Shown one piece after another: positions 1 through 10,198 of a DNA stretch of 23,616 nucleotides. The translations under genes and the position numbers were made by a program. Source of the stretch: Chiloscyllium plagiosum (lineage: Eukaryota). The notes under the pieces were generated by a model. That model was not told the origin of the DNA, did not search any database, and saw only the letters and a program-made list of their open reading frames with translations. Within the stretch, counting starts at the first letter, position 1, and each line of letters opens with the position of its first letter. Location of the stretch: assembly GCF_004010195.1 (NCBI RefSeq), contig NC_057719.1, positions 39,794,252 to 39,817,867 on the forward strand, given 5' to 3'.

Positions 1-139
1 CCAGTGGATAGCAGATAGTTCAGTTCCCATGCAATCTTAGGTGGGTTTTATCCTCAAAACCTGGCATGTTCCCAACAGTTGTAACACTTAAATACAGTGA
101 AATACAGATAGGTATATACATGTTGCAGTTAAAATAGCG

Positions 140-1310
140 TTAACAGTTAAAGTATTTGTTCCCGTTAGGAGGTGCAGTCGTGCCTTGTTCTGTTATGTTT
201 TCGGTAGTCTCCCCGGGATGACTGTCTTGTCTGCCTTTGCTGCTTGCATCTGGGGAGTGGTCAATGACATGAGTTTGACAGGAGTCTTTAAACAGTTTTA
301 GTTGGGTCCAGTGCTTCCATGTGCCTTTTCCTTTAATATCGATGCAGGCCCAGGTGTCCCCGCTTATTACCACATCGTATGGTCCATTCCATTTTGGGAC
401 AAAGCCTGGTTTGTCGGGCAGTGCTCACACCAGGACGTGGCTTCCTGCTGCTGGGACCTCAGGAAAGACTTTGAGGTCCCCTGCCCTGTCCTTTTTGTCC
501 TGTTTGTCAATTACAGATTTCTGCATTCCTGTCAATCGGGCACTTAATTCTATGACATATCGCCGAATTTTGTCTTTTAGTGCACCCACATTAGTGCCAC
601 CTGTGATTATTGTCTCTGGCAATTGCATTGCTTGCCCCATCATTAATTCAGATGGGGTTAGCCCGGTCGTGGTGGCTCTTAATCTCATTAGTATGGCTGG
701 CAGCACTTCAGCCCATGTTCTGTTTGGGGCCTGCATAGCCTTAGCTAAAGTATTTGTGAGCGTTCTATTCATTCTCTCTACCATCCCTGAGCTCTGGGAG
801 TGATAGGGGATGTGGAATTTTTGTCTAATGCCGAGTAATTGGCATACAGTCTTCATGGCTCTTCCTGTAAAATATGTCCCTTGGTCAGGGTTGATCTGGA
901 GGGGCACCCCCCCACCTAGGGATTATCTCCTCTGCTAATATTCTGGCCAGAGTGGTTGCAGTGCAGCTTTTGGTTGGGAATGTTTCTACCCACTGGGTGA
1001 ATTGGTCTATGATGACCAGGCAGTACGTTTTCCCATGGGAAGGTGGTAGTGGCCCTGTAAAATCTATCTGTAAGTGTTCCCAGCGTCCCCTAGGTCTGGG
1101 CTGGTGTCCCATCCTAACTTTTATTGGTCTCCCTGGGTTATGTTGTGCACAAACCATGCAACTGCAGCAGGACTTGGCCACATCTCTTCCCATTCCCTTC
1201 CACTTACCACTCTCTCCCTAGGGTTGCTATTATGGCCTCTCTACCTGTATGGGAGAATCCATGGTGCAGTTCAAGCAATGTGTTCTGTATACATGTTAAT
1301 GCTACCACCT
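140..1310 (-). pseudogene. pol: Retroviral integrase (frameshifted)
   Basis: HHCC remnants (LHHGFSHTG ... CCSCMVC), catalytic core WEHLQIDFTGPLPPS / DQGTYFTG / SSGMVERMNRTL, and a C-terminal WNGPY...WKHWTQLK region; stop at 140-142. Confidence 0.93.
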
Positions 1311-1399
1311 TGTCTGCTCGCCTCCAGAGACCATCTTTCCCTTTGAATGCCCCCCACAGTTTCCGTTGTTCTCTCTCTTCCTGCAGCTGCTGAATTTGG

Positions 1400-1890
1400 A
1401 TAGCATCTTTTGCTAATTCAATAGAGGCTATTGCAGTCTCGTTATTAGCTTCTTGTTCTCGGGCTTTCTGAGTTGCTTGGTCTGATGCCTGGTTTCCTTT
1501 GAATTTTAGCCAACCTGGGCTCTCTTTTGCTGGCTCCTTTTGATGGGCTTTTATTTTTATTACTGCAGCTTTTTTTGGCTCTTCACTGGCACGCAATAGT
1601 GCCTGACTTCTTAATTGTTGTGAGATAGGGGTTCCCCCCACGGTGGTGAACCCTCTTTTGTCCCATGCCACCATGGACTACACTGAAGGCATATTAACTA
1701 TCTGTATTTATATTCACGGGTTTTTCTTTTGCTAGTTCCAGTGCTTTGGTGAGTGCTACCAGTTCTGCTACCTGTGTGGACAGACTTCCATCAATCCTCC
1801 CGGACATAACTGTTTCTAACTTTTCATCTACCACAGCCTATCCTGTTTGGAGCGACCCTGCTACATAGTTTTGTCACCCGTTCATGAAGA
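1400..1890 (-). pseudogene. pol: Retroviral RNase H (disrupted)
   Basis: Minus translation gives STQVAELVALTKALELAKEKPVNINTDS*YAF, then AVIKIKAH...KGNQASDQA in ORF 1204..1674. A separate tether-like region lies between this domain and the RT. Confidence 0.9.
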
Positions 1891-1899
1891 GGGTCTCCT

Positions 1900-3300
1900 C
1901 AGCTGTGTCTAGGGGGTATCTTTTACTTGCTCTTTATCCTCATCCCCATCTATATCCCCACAGCTCCTCGTTTTCCTGTGTCTATAATTCCCTCAGCTGG
2001 GTTTTCTCCCATATCCCTATCACCACGGACCGACTTGGGGATAAAAGAACTGCCTCCCATTTTGCCCTTTTCATATTGGAAATGGCCCTCAGTTTCTCTG
2101 TGTTTCGCATCTCTACTATGGTGTGCTGAGTGCAGAGGATGACAGTCCCTGTCATTACTATGGGCTCACTAACCCTAACGGCACAAGCAGCACAGTCTAA
2201 GATTGCTATGCACCTGGGCAACCCGGTGAATATTGACCCTTCTGTGACCCTACACACCTTCTCCTGCTAATGTGATCTTGGGTGACCACTGCGGAGTAAA
2301 ACCTTCCCTCATTATTACAGTGTATGTGAAAATCCTTGCTGGGATCTGGCAGCTCCAGCCCGGGGGTCAATATGAGCTGAGTTTTAAGCTGACTGTATGC
2401 CTCCTCCTGTTCTGGCCCCCAGGTTACAGTTTCCAAGGTGGGCTTGACTCCTTTAATTAGTCTCTGGATCGGTTCAGCCAATTTTGTGAACTCGGGTATA
2501 AAGCTCTGACTGTAGTTGAATAGCCCCATGACCTTTCTGACTCCCCTGACAGTAACAGGTCATGGCATCTGTTGGATTGCCTTCTTGCAGTCGTTGGGCA
2601 TTTCTTTGAGTCCCTGGGATATAAGGTAAGGTATAAGATTGGGGTTATGCCAATCTGTGCCTTTGTGGGGCTAACTTTTAACCCTATGGTTGCCAATTCC
2701 TGCAATACTAACCCTAAAGCTTCCTGGTGCCAATTCCTGCAATACTAACCCTAAAGCTTCCTGGTGAGGCAATTAAGATATTATCTACATTTGGAGGGCA
2801 GTGCTGCCCTCTGGTAAACCTATTCTCTTTAGGATGTCGCTTAGTACCCTGTGAAAAATAGTGGGGCTGTTGTGGAACCCTTGTGGCAGGCGAGTCCACA
2901 TGTACTGCCTGTCCCTTACTGTAAAAGCAAAATTTGTTCTGGGACTCAGGGTGTAACGGGATAGACAAGAACCTGTTGGCTATGTCTAAAACTGTAAACC
3001 TCTTGTGCTCAGGGGCCAAGCTGTTTAAAATGATGGAGGGGTCTGCTACAATGGGATGCAATTTGGGAGTGACCTTACTTAGTCCTGTATAATCAATGGT
3101 GAACCTATAGCTCATGTCAGGCTTTATTATTGGCCACATTGGAGAATTAGTTTTACTTGCAGTTTCTTTCAGGATTCCCTGTTTCGCTAGTCCTTGCGCT
3201 ATCTTCACAACTACTTGTTCTGCTTCGGGTTTTATTGGGTATTGCTGGTGGGGCTTATGCTCCAGTCTGGGAACCCTTATTGGGCCTAAGTTAACTAGAC
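1900..3300 (-). pseudogene. pol: Retroviral reverse transcriptase plus connection/tether (disrupted)
   Basis: NSPMWPIIKPDMSYRFTIDY, FTVLDIANRFLSIPLHPESQNKF, WTRLPQGFHNSP (shifted frame), YxDD decayed to NVDN at 2780-2791, GLKVSPTKAQ, GLFNYSQSFIPEF. Confidence 0.93.
2691..2766. repeat. Perfect 37-bp tandem duplication inside RT
   Basis: tgccaattcctgcaatactaaccctaaagcttcctgg at 2691-2727 and 2728-2764, followed by tg. Confidence 0.97.
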
Positions 3301-3479
3301 CTGTATCTAACTTTGTTTCTGCCCAGGCTCTGGGAATGGAGGCACAGATGGCTCCGAACCCCCCTTTTCAAGGTTCCAGTCTCTACTGGTGACAGTAGCC
3401 ACTTTAATAGTTTCAAGTTGACTTGTAAGTTTTCCAATCTCAGTCTTCCGACCGTCCTGTCTGGGCCAAATCAATTTCC

Positions 3480-3800
3480 CTTTTGCACAATTGATTAGAA
3501 CATTATATTCTCTCATGAGATCATTGCCCATTACGGTGCCCTCATTATTTTAGCATACATAGAATCTCATGGGCATATATATGTTATTTATTTCTACAAG
3601 AGTAGTTTCACTTAGGTAAGCTGGTGTTTTATCCCCTCCTACCCCAGTTAAATGAATCATTTTGTTTGTGTGGGGTAACGGTAGGTTTGTGATGGATACA
3701 GCGGCTCCTGTGTCTACTAGCATCTCACATTTCCTCCCTCCTATTACTGTGGGTACCATAAATTCTCTCCTCTCCCTTACTCTCACGAATGGGGACAGCT
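3480..3800 (-). pseudogene. pro: Retroviral aspartic protease
   Basis: IGGRKCEMLVDTGAAVS (DTG at 3706-3714), flap LTGVGG, and C-terminal MGNDLM in the next fragment. Confidence 0.92.
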
Positions 3801-3879
3801 GGTTGTCAGTTCTGCTGATCTCGGGACTCCCGAGGTTCTGCTGTGTTTCGGGTGGTATTTGGGGGTGCCCCATGCTTTT

Positions 3880-4885
3880 CCCAGCACACTGCTTGAGTGT
3901 ATGTCCTATCCTTTTGCAGTGGCTGCAGTATTACTCCCATTTTCAGGATGTCTTGGTGGGTACTAGAGAGCCCATCTTTAAAAGCTTGGATGAATGCCCA
4001 GTCTCCCCAATCTGGGTTTGCTTGCCCTGATAGATCCTAAATAATCGTTCCCCATATTCAGAGGTTCCTTCCCCTTTAAGTTGTTTTGTGTTTGTGATCC
4101 TGCTTCAGTTCATGGGAGCATTTCCTAGCACACTGGATTTCTTCTTTAAAGTCGATGAAGGGGGCTTGCTGGGCACCTATCTCTGCTGTGAAGGCAATGG
4201 CATGTGTCCACCATCCTCCCCTAAAGTCTTGGACTGTTGTGGCGTCGGGTTTGCCAGGTATCAGCCTCCACTTGTCTGCTGGACAAACTGCCCGGACCAG
4301 GTGTTTTGTGTCCCTCAGGTGTAGTTGGTGCCTTACCCATACACTATCCAGCTCTTCCCAGAAATTGGTGTTTGCACTCCAGGGCTGTAATTTGCCCAGG
4401 GAGGCCATAATCTGCTGCCTCTCCTCTGGAGTGAAGGGTTTATAATTCGCTTTGAGCTGTGAATCTGTTCCTCCTCTGGTAATGCGTGCTAAGTTGTACT
4501 CCTGCACGGTTTGTCCAGCAGAGGGAGCAGTTGGCTCCTGCTGAACGCTTCATAGGAGGGGAGACCGTCAATTTCTCTCTCCTAAGGTGAATTCTAAACT
4601 TTTTATTCTGCCCTCCACTTCTCTAACTTGCTCCTGGTCCTTTCTCCACCTACTTGTGGAGGCACTCATTTGTTCAATTAGGCCTGCTAATTGGTGTACT
4701 AACATTACCCCTAGCTTTTTAGTTTTATTCCATTTCTGCTTATCTATCCACTGTCTCTGTTGTGCTAATGTCTGGGATGGGTCCCACCCACTCTTCTTCA
4801 TTTGCTCTGTCAGCCCTTGTCTGTCTGCCTTGTATTTCTCAATAAGGGAACCTGCAGAATCCCCCTTAGAACTTCGATCTGCCAT
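3880..4885 (-). pseudogene. gag: gag (disrupted, probably internally deleted)
   Basis: ATG at 4885, PTAP at 4523-4534, capsid-like YKPFTPEERQQI, MHR-like TKQLKGEGTSEYG, and Cx2Cx4Hx4C knuckle CSHCKRIGHTLKQC at 3886-3927. Confidence 0.85.
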
Positions 4886-5740
4886 TTAGCAGATTGTGTA
4901 CCCCCGGATACTACCAACAGTAACATGTTCCTAATCTAGTGGGGACTTCTCTACCCCCTGGCCAGCACCATCCTTATTGCCATAGCAGTCTCCTAGCAAG
5001 GTATGCTCTCTACTGGTGGGACATCTCTGCCCTCCTGGCCGGCTGGTTCAAAAGGGTGTGCTCTCTATCTGTGGGACTCTTTAGCCTCTCGGTCACCTCT
5101 GCTGACCCAATGCCTCCCAATAGGCCCAGAAACATACCTCTAGCCCGGTGTGCTCTCTACCCTCCCGACCACCGCCACTACTCAAGCTCCACCGTTCTAC
5201 TACGGACTGACAGGGTATCACGGTTACTCACAGTGTCCATGCTCCCCATCTTGGTTATGTGCGCTCCACTGAGGTTTGGCTCTTGGTCAGAGTGATCAGC
5301 TCCAATTCCTCACCACACTGGAAGTTACAAGTACAGACAGCACTCAACCTTTAACTTCAACTCTAACTGGACTCTGCATTGTGCATTGTTCGCTCCTACA
5401 CAGTCCAATGTTATCCGACTTTGCCACTTGTGCTTCACAGCTCCTAGTGCCCTTGGCACCTCAATTCCCACTTCAAATCCCAACCTCCACGTGGTGGGGG
5501 CTACCCTCTTAACAACTGGTTTAGGGCAAGGCTTTTGAGACAGGCACTACCATGTCCTCTGGCTGTTTCAGCACCAGCAGCAGATTCTTACAACAGTTAA
5601 AACAGTTAAACACTTATTCTCCACAGATATGCACTTAAAAAATGGTAACGCAGTACTTGTAGCAAATCAAACATCAGTATATCTTTTAAACTGTGTTCTT
5701 GGCCCAGTCTGACTCTTCCCGTTTGCAGGTACAAATTGGT

Positions 5741-5749
5741 TCTTACCCT
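5741..5749 (-). promoter_or_regulatory. Candidate retroviral major splice donor
   Basis: Minus strand reads GG|GTAAGA about 50 nt downstream of the PBS, the usual position for the major splice donor. Confidence 0.55.
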
Positions 5750-5793
5750 GGTCTGCCCGATCGTGGCCTCCAACCAGGGCACCAGTAATAAGA

Positions 5794-5811
5794 ATCCTGC
5801 TCGCAGTGCCA
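5794..5811 (-). promoter_or_regulatory. Primer-binding site, tRNA-Ser-like
   Basis: Minus strand TGGCACTGCGAGCAGGAT begins 2 nt after ...TACAACA. It resembles the complement of vertebrate tRNA-Ser 3' ends (TGGCGCTG(C/T)GAGCAGGAT, recalled from memory) with 1-2 mismatches. Confidence 0.8.
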
Positions 5812-5813
5812 AT

Positions 5814-6617
5814 TGTTGTATGGAAAATCACCAGCCGCGGAGTCAGAATCTGGATTCTAATATAGAGTTTATTGCAAAAGGAAATACTGGAACTCCAGGG
5901 AGAGAAAGTCACCAATAGCACAGTGGTCAGCTGTGAGTCTTCTCTCGACCAGGAGCACGTCAAGAAACTTCTATACATCTTGTGAGACCATAGGTCGGTG
6001 ATGAGATTATTGTCTTTGTAACATGGTTTGTTTATGGCAATCATTACAGAATCATTAATAGTTTCGATACAGTCTTTGTCAGTTCCAGCACAGCCTTTTT
6101 TAATTTCTGCATGGTCATTGTCAGTTTCAATGTCTGCACGGAAATCCATTGCTGTAGTAATGGGTGCTAATTGCTCTTCTTAAGAAGGATGATTACTGCA
6201 GCCCTGGCTATTAGCATTTCGTATTGAGTCTGTATCAAGCTGTTAGCATTTGTATCAAAGGTGTTGGCTGGACCCAGACACTTTGGCGGGCAGTGTTCGT
6301 TACTCATGTGTGTTCTCTCCCCCACCTGTGTTAAACTAATTGACTGGGTCGTGAGTGCATTGTGCTGGCATTCTGGTGGCCCCAGGCAGTGTCTGTACCA
6401 GCTCTGCTGTTTCTCTCCATGTTGTGATCCGCGGCCATCTTGTGTATCTGTGTACTTAGTGTCACCCTGCCCCGTGCCATCTCCCTCTTCAGCGGCGATC
6501 TGAAAGATCTGCTTTGCTAAGCTCTGCACCACAACTCAGGCGAAGTGGTGCTTTTACCTTCCCCACCTAAGTTATTTCAGGAAATTTCAATAATTAAATA
6601 TTGGTGGAATCGTTACA
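5814..6617 (-). repeat. 5' LTR (~800 bp; outer boundary tentative)
   Basis: U5 end ...ACAACA at 5814; AATAAA on minus at 5868-5873; TATA-like GTATAGAAG near 5968-5976; YY1-like CAAGATGGCCGC at 6431-6442. Candidate start TGTAACG at 6617, alternative TGTCTGG at 6280. There is no second LTR in the window to confirm the boundary. Confidence 0.65.
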
Positions 6618-6627
6618 CACCTTTTTT

Positions 6628-7504
6628 AGCAAGGGAAGATGATTCAAAGGTTCGGTTGAGTCCCAACACACAGGACATTCCCTGCCAGCATTGGACACAT
6701 TCGTGACTACGACTGTGACTGCAGCTTCAGCCTCCTCTGCAACTCTGATGGAAACACTCAACCAAAAGACCTTGGCTGCAGAGCTTGTGAAGGTCTGGGA
6801 AATGGTCGAGGCTTCAGTTGAGAAGAGTCACACTAGGCTGGACCTGATCTCGGCCATGCTGCACAAACATGAGCAGGAGCCAGAAAGGCTCGGAAAGCGA
6901 ATGGAGGAGGCCGAACGTCGGACTGCAGCATCGGAGACCATGATCGAGTCCTTGACAGAGCGGATCCAGGCGCTCGAGAAGCAGGTCCAAGCCTTAACAG
7001 CGCAGGATGACAACCTTGAAAACAGATGTCAGAGCAAGAATTAACCGGGTCGTCGGGTTGTCGGAGGGAGTGGAAGGTGAACAGCCCGTAAATATTTTTG
7101 TAGACTGGCTGCCGCAATTTCTTGGTTGGGAGGCCGAGGCAGGCTGGGTGAAGGTCAACAGAGTTCACTGGGTTGCGGTGCACAGGCCCAGTTTGGACCA
7201 GCGCTCCTGCCAGGTCCTGGTGCGATTCCAATGCTACAGGAACAAGCAAAGAGTAATGGAAGCTTCCAGAATGCAGGGAAGGATCCACAGACCTTAATAC
7301 ACAATGGATCCAAGATAATGTTCTTCCAGGACTTTTCCGTGGCTGTGATCCGTAAAAGGAAATAGTTTGATGAGGTGAAGAGAAGACTGAGGGACCTCGG
7401 ACTCTGTAAGGTACCCGGCGGTGCTTCATTTTACTTATGATGGGTCTGTTCACTCATTTGAATCTTCAGAAAAAGTGAAAAACTTTCTGGACACTTTAAA
7501 ATAG
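6628..7504 (+). pseudogene. L1 ORF1p (coiled coil plus RRM/CTD), disrupted
   Basis: Coiled coil, then DDNLENRCQSKN..RVVGLSEGVEG (the L1 ORF1 LENRSRRNNIRIVGLPE motif) and IMFFQDFSVAVIRKRK; stop at 7502-7504. Start is approximate. Confidence 0.88.
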
Positions 7505-9359
7505 ACTGGATTGTCTAAAGGATATGGACAATAATGTTTTCTGTTTTTCTTTTGTACTTCTCTCCATTTCTTAACAAAAGAGTTGTTGGATGTTTTGTGA
7601 TGTTAATTGGGGTTAATGTATAGTTAGGGATGAGTAGAGTGCTCACTTTTAACTTCTTTGTTAATATTACTTTTTTTTCTTTTGCTTGAGTTTGGGGTGT
7701 GGCTCAAGCTGGAAGGAGTTATGGAGGTGTATGGGAGATGTGTAAGCCCCCACTGTGGGCAGGGTGTAGAGTCCCCCATTACCTGCCTTTTGTGTTTTGC
7801 ATTTGGTTTAGTTTGTTGGCTTTTTGTAGATGTAGTTTTTGAAAGTTAAGTTTGTTAGGTGTAGTAGTTTTAGTGTGCATAGTTTTAAGGGTCTATGAGT
7901 CTATCTTCATTTATACTGAGCGATTTGAAAGTCGAGTTATTCCTCTCAGGAGTTCAAAGGTTATTCTAGAGGGTCATGGCAAAATGTTGTACATGGAACA
8001 TTAAAGGGAGTCACTTGCCGGTCAAGAGGAAAAAGGTACTCTCAAGTCTTAAAACGGTAAGGGTTGATATTGCCCTGTTGCAGGAAACTCACCTTGATGA
8101 TAAGGAACATGCGAAATCACAGCAGGTGTTTTTTTTGTCCTTCAATACTAAGAGTTAGAGGGAAGCCAATACTCATTCGGAAGAATTTCCCATTTAAGTT
8201 ACTAGACCATATTAAAGATGAGCATGGGCTGTTCGTAATTCTTAGAATCTCAGTATATGGTGAAGAATATGGTATTTTGAATGTTTATTGTCCTCCGGCA
8301 CATCACCTTAAACTTCTGATAGATGTATTCTCCAAATTGATTGCTCTTGCGTCACGGCATATTATTGTAGGGGGAGATTTTAAAGGTCTCATGGGTGCCC
8401 CTGTGAATAGAATGTGCCCAAAGGTCCCCCAAAGCTTTCTTTGCAATCTAAGCAACTAGTTGATTTATGTATGGAATTGGGACGGTGGATATTTGGAGGC
8501 ATCTTTTTTCTAGTCAGCTCAAGTGTTATACTAGGGTTGATCTTTTCCTAGACCCCACATTTTTTTGGATTTGGTGATGTCCTGTACAATTGGGAATATC
8601 ACAATTTCCGATTTGCAGCAGTACATTTAGTGGTCAAGATTAAGGACAATGTGGCAGGGTCAAGGCACTGGCGAATGGTTCCCTTTATTCTCAAGGACAG
8701 TAAGTTCGAGTATTTTATGAATGAGTTTAAAGCATTCTTGGCCATTAATTTGGATATGGCGAGTAACCCGTCTATTCTCTGGGAGACTGCTAAGGCTTAT
8801 GCTAGGGGGATAATTATTTCTTACTCTGCCAGTCAGAAGCGACAGAAGGTAGAGCAGCAGCGCCTGCTCGAGGCCTGACTGAAGACAGCTAAGATGGCAT
8901 ATTTTGATAGGCCATTGGTGGCGAAGTTGCAGTGGGTGACAGTTCTTCAGTCCACCTTGAATTCCATGCTCACACAGACAGCGAGGAAGGAACTTTGCTT
9001 TGTGAAACAAAGGTTGTTTGAGCATGGCAATAGGCCGGGCGAATATCTGGCATATCTGGCGAGGACAAAGAACGCCCCCCACAATCTATTACCTCAATCA
9101 GGGAAAGGACTGGAACTCTTGTGATTCTAAAAAGATCAATGCTGCATGTCGGAGGTTTTACTCCGAATTATACCAGCCGCAAGGCTGTAAACACAGATGG
9201 GCTAAGGTGGAGTCGTTTTTTAGAAACCTGGATCTTCCAGGAGTAACCTCTGAACAGGCGTTTCTCCTTAATGCCTCTTTAACAGTGCAAGAGGTACAGG
9301 AGGCGGGGAAGCAGCTTCAAAGTGGAAAGGCACCCAGCCCTGATGGTCTCCCTAGTGAA

Positions 9360-10198
9360 TTAGAGTCAGAGATGTACAGCATGGAAACAGACCCTTCGGT
9401 CCAACCTGTCCATGCCAACCAGATATCCCAACCCAATCTAGTCCCACCTGCCAGCACCCAGCCCATATTCCTCCAAACCCTTCCTATTCATATACCCATC
9501 CAATGCCTCTTAAANNNNNNNNNNNNNNNNNNNNNNNNNNNNNNNNNNNNNNNNNNNNNNNNNNNNNNNNNNNNNNNNNNNNNNNNNNNNNNNNNNNNNN
9601 NNNNNNNNNNNNNNNNNNNNNNNNNNNNNNNNNNNNNNNNNNNNNNNNNNNNNNNNNNNNNNNNNNNNNNNNNNNNNNNNNNNNNNNNNNNNNNNNNNNN
9701 NNNNNNNNNNNNNNNNNNNNNNNNNNNNNNNNNNNNNNNNNNNNNNNNNNNNNNNNNNNNNNNNNNNNNNNNNNNNNNNNNNNNNNNNNNNNNNNNNNNN
9801 NNNNNNNNNNNNNNNNNNNNNNNNNNNNNNNNNCAACACTCCCTAGGACTTTACCATTAAGTGTATACGTCCTGCTAAGACGTGCTTTCCCAAAATGCAG
9901 CACCTTGCATTTATCTGAATTAAACTCCATCTGCCACTTCTCAGCCCATTGACTCATCTGGTCCAGATCCTGTTGTAATCTGAGGTAACCCTCTTCGCTG
10001 TCCACTACACCTCCAATTTTGGTGTCATCTGCAAACTTACTAACTGTACCTCTTATGCTCGCATCCAAATCACTTGGGTAAATGACAAAAAGTAGAGGGC
10101 CCAGCACCGATCCTTGTGGCACTCCACTGGTCACAGGCCTCCAGTCTGAAAAACAACTTTCCACCACCACCCTCTGTCTTCTACCTTTGAGCCAGTTC
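9360..10198 (-). mobile_element. 5'-truncated CR1-clade LINE inserted antisense into L1 ORF2
   Basis: RT C-terminus VTSGVPQGSVLGPLLF...KFADDTKIGG...WQMEFN..KCKVLHFG, with a CR1-type 3' UTR and tail at 9360-9514. Removing the insert restores GGTCTCCCTAGTGAA-TTCTACAAAGAA (GLPSEFYKE). Confidence 0.93.
9515..9833. other. Assembly gap (319 N)
   Basis: Run of N inside the CR1 copy. Confidence 1.

Larger units (their letters stand above)
1..6617 (-). mobile_element. Decayed endogenous retrovirus (5' LTR-PBS-leader-gag-pro-pol); continues beyond the left edge
   Basis: Minus-strand ORF fragments occur in the order gag, CCHC, protease, RT, tether, RNase H, integrase with GPY/F. The PBS lies 2 nt from an LTR end reading ...ACAACA. 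There are many stops and frameshifts. The outer LTR boundary (6617) is inferred. Confidence 0.93.

Noticed and set aside
302..5512. Plus-strand ORFs over the ERV
   Set aside because: They are antisense shadows of gag, pol and the leader, with no recognisable motifs.
5606..5812. Signal-peptide-like ORF in the leader
   Set aside because: It starts at a TTG overlapping the PBS and crosses the splice donor; likely chance.
9484..9952. Long ORFs spanning the N run
   Set aside because: Their length is an artefact of the gap.
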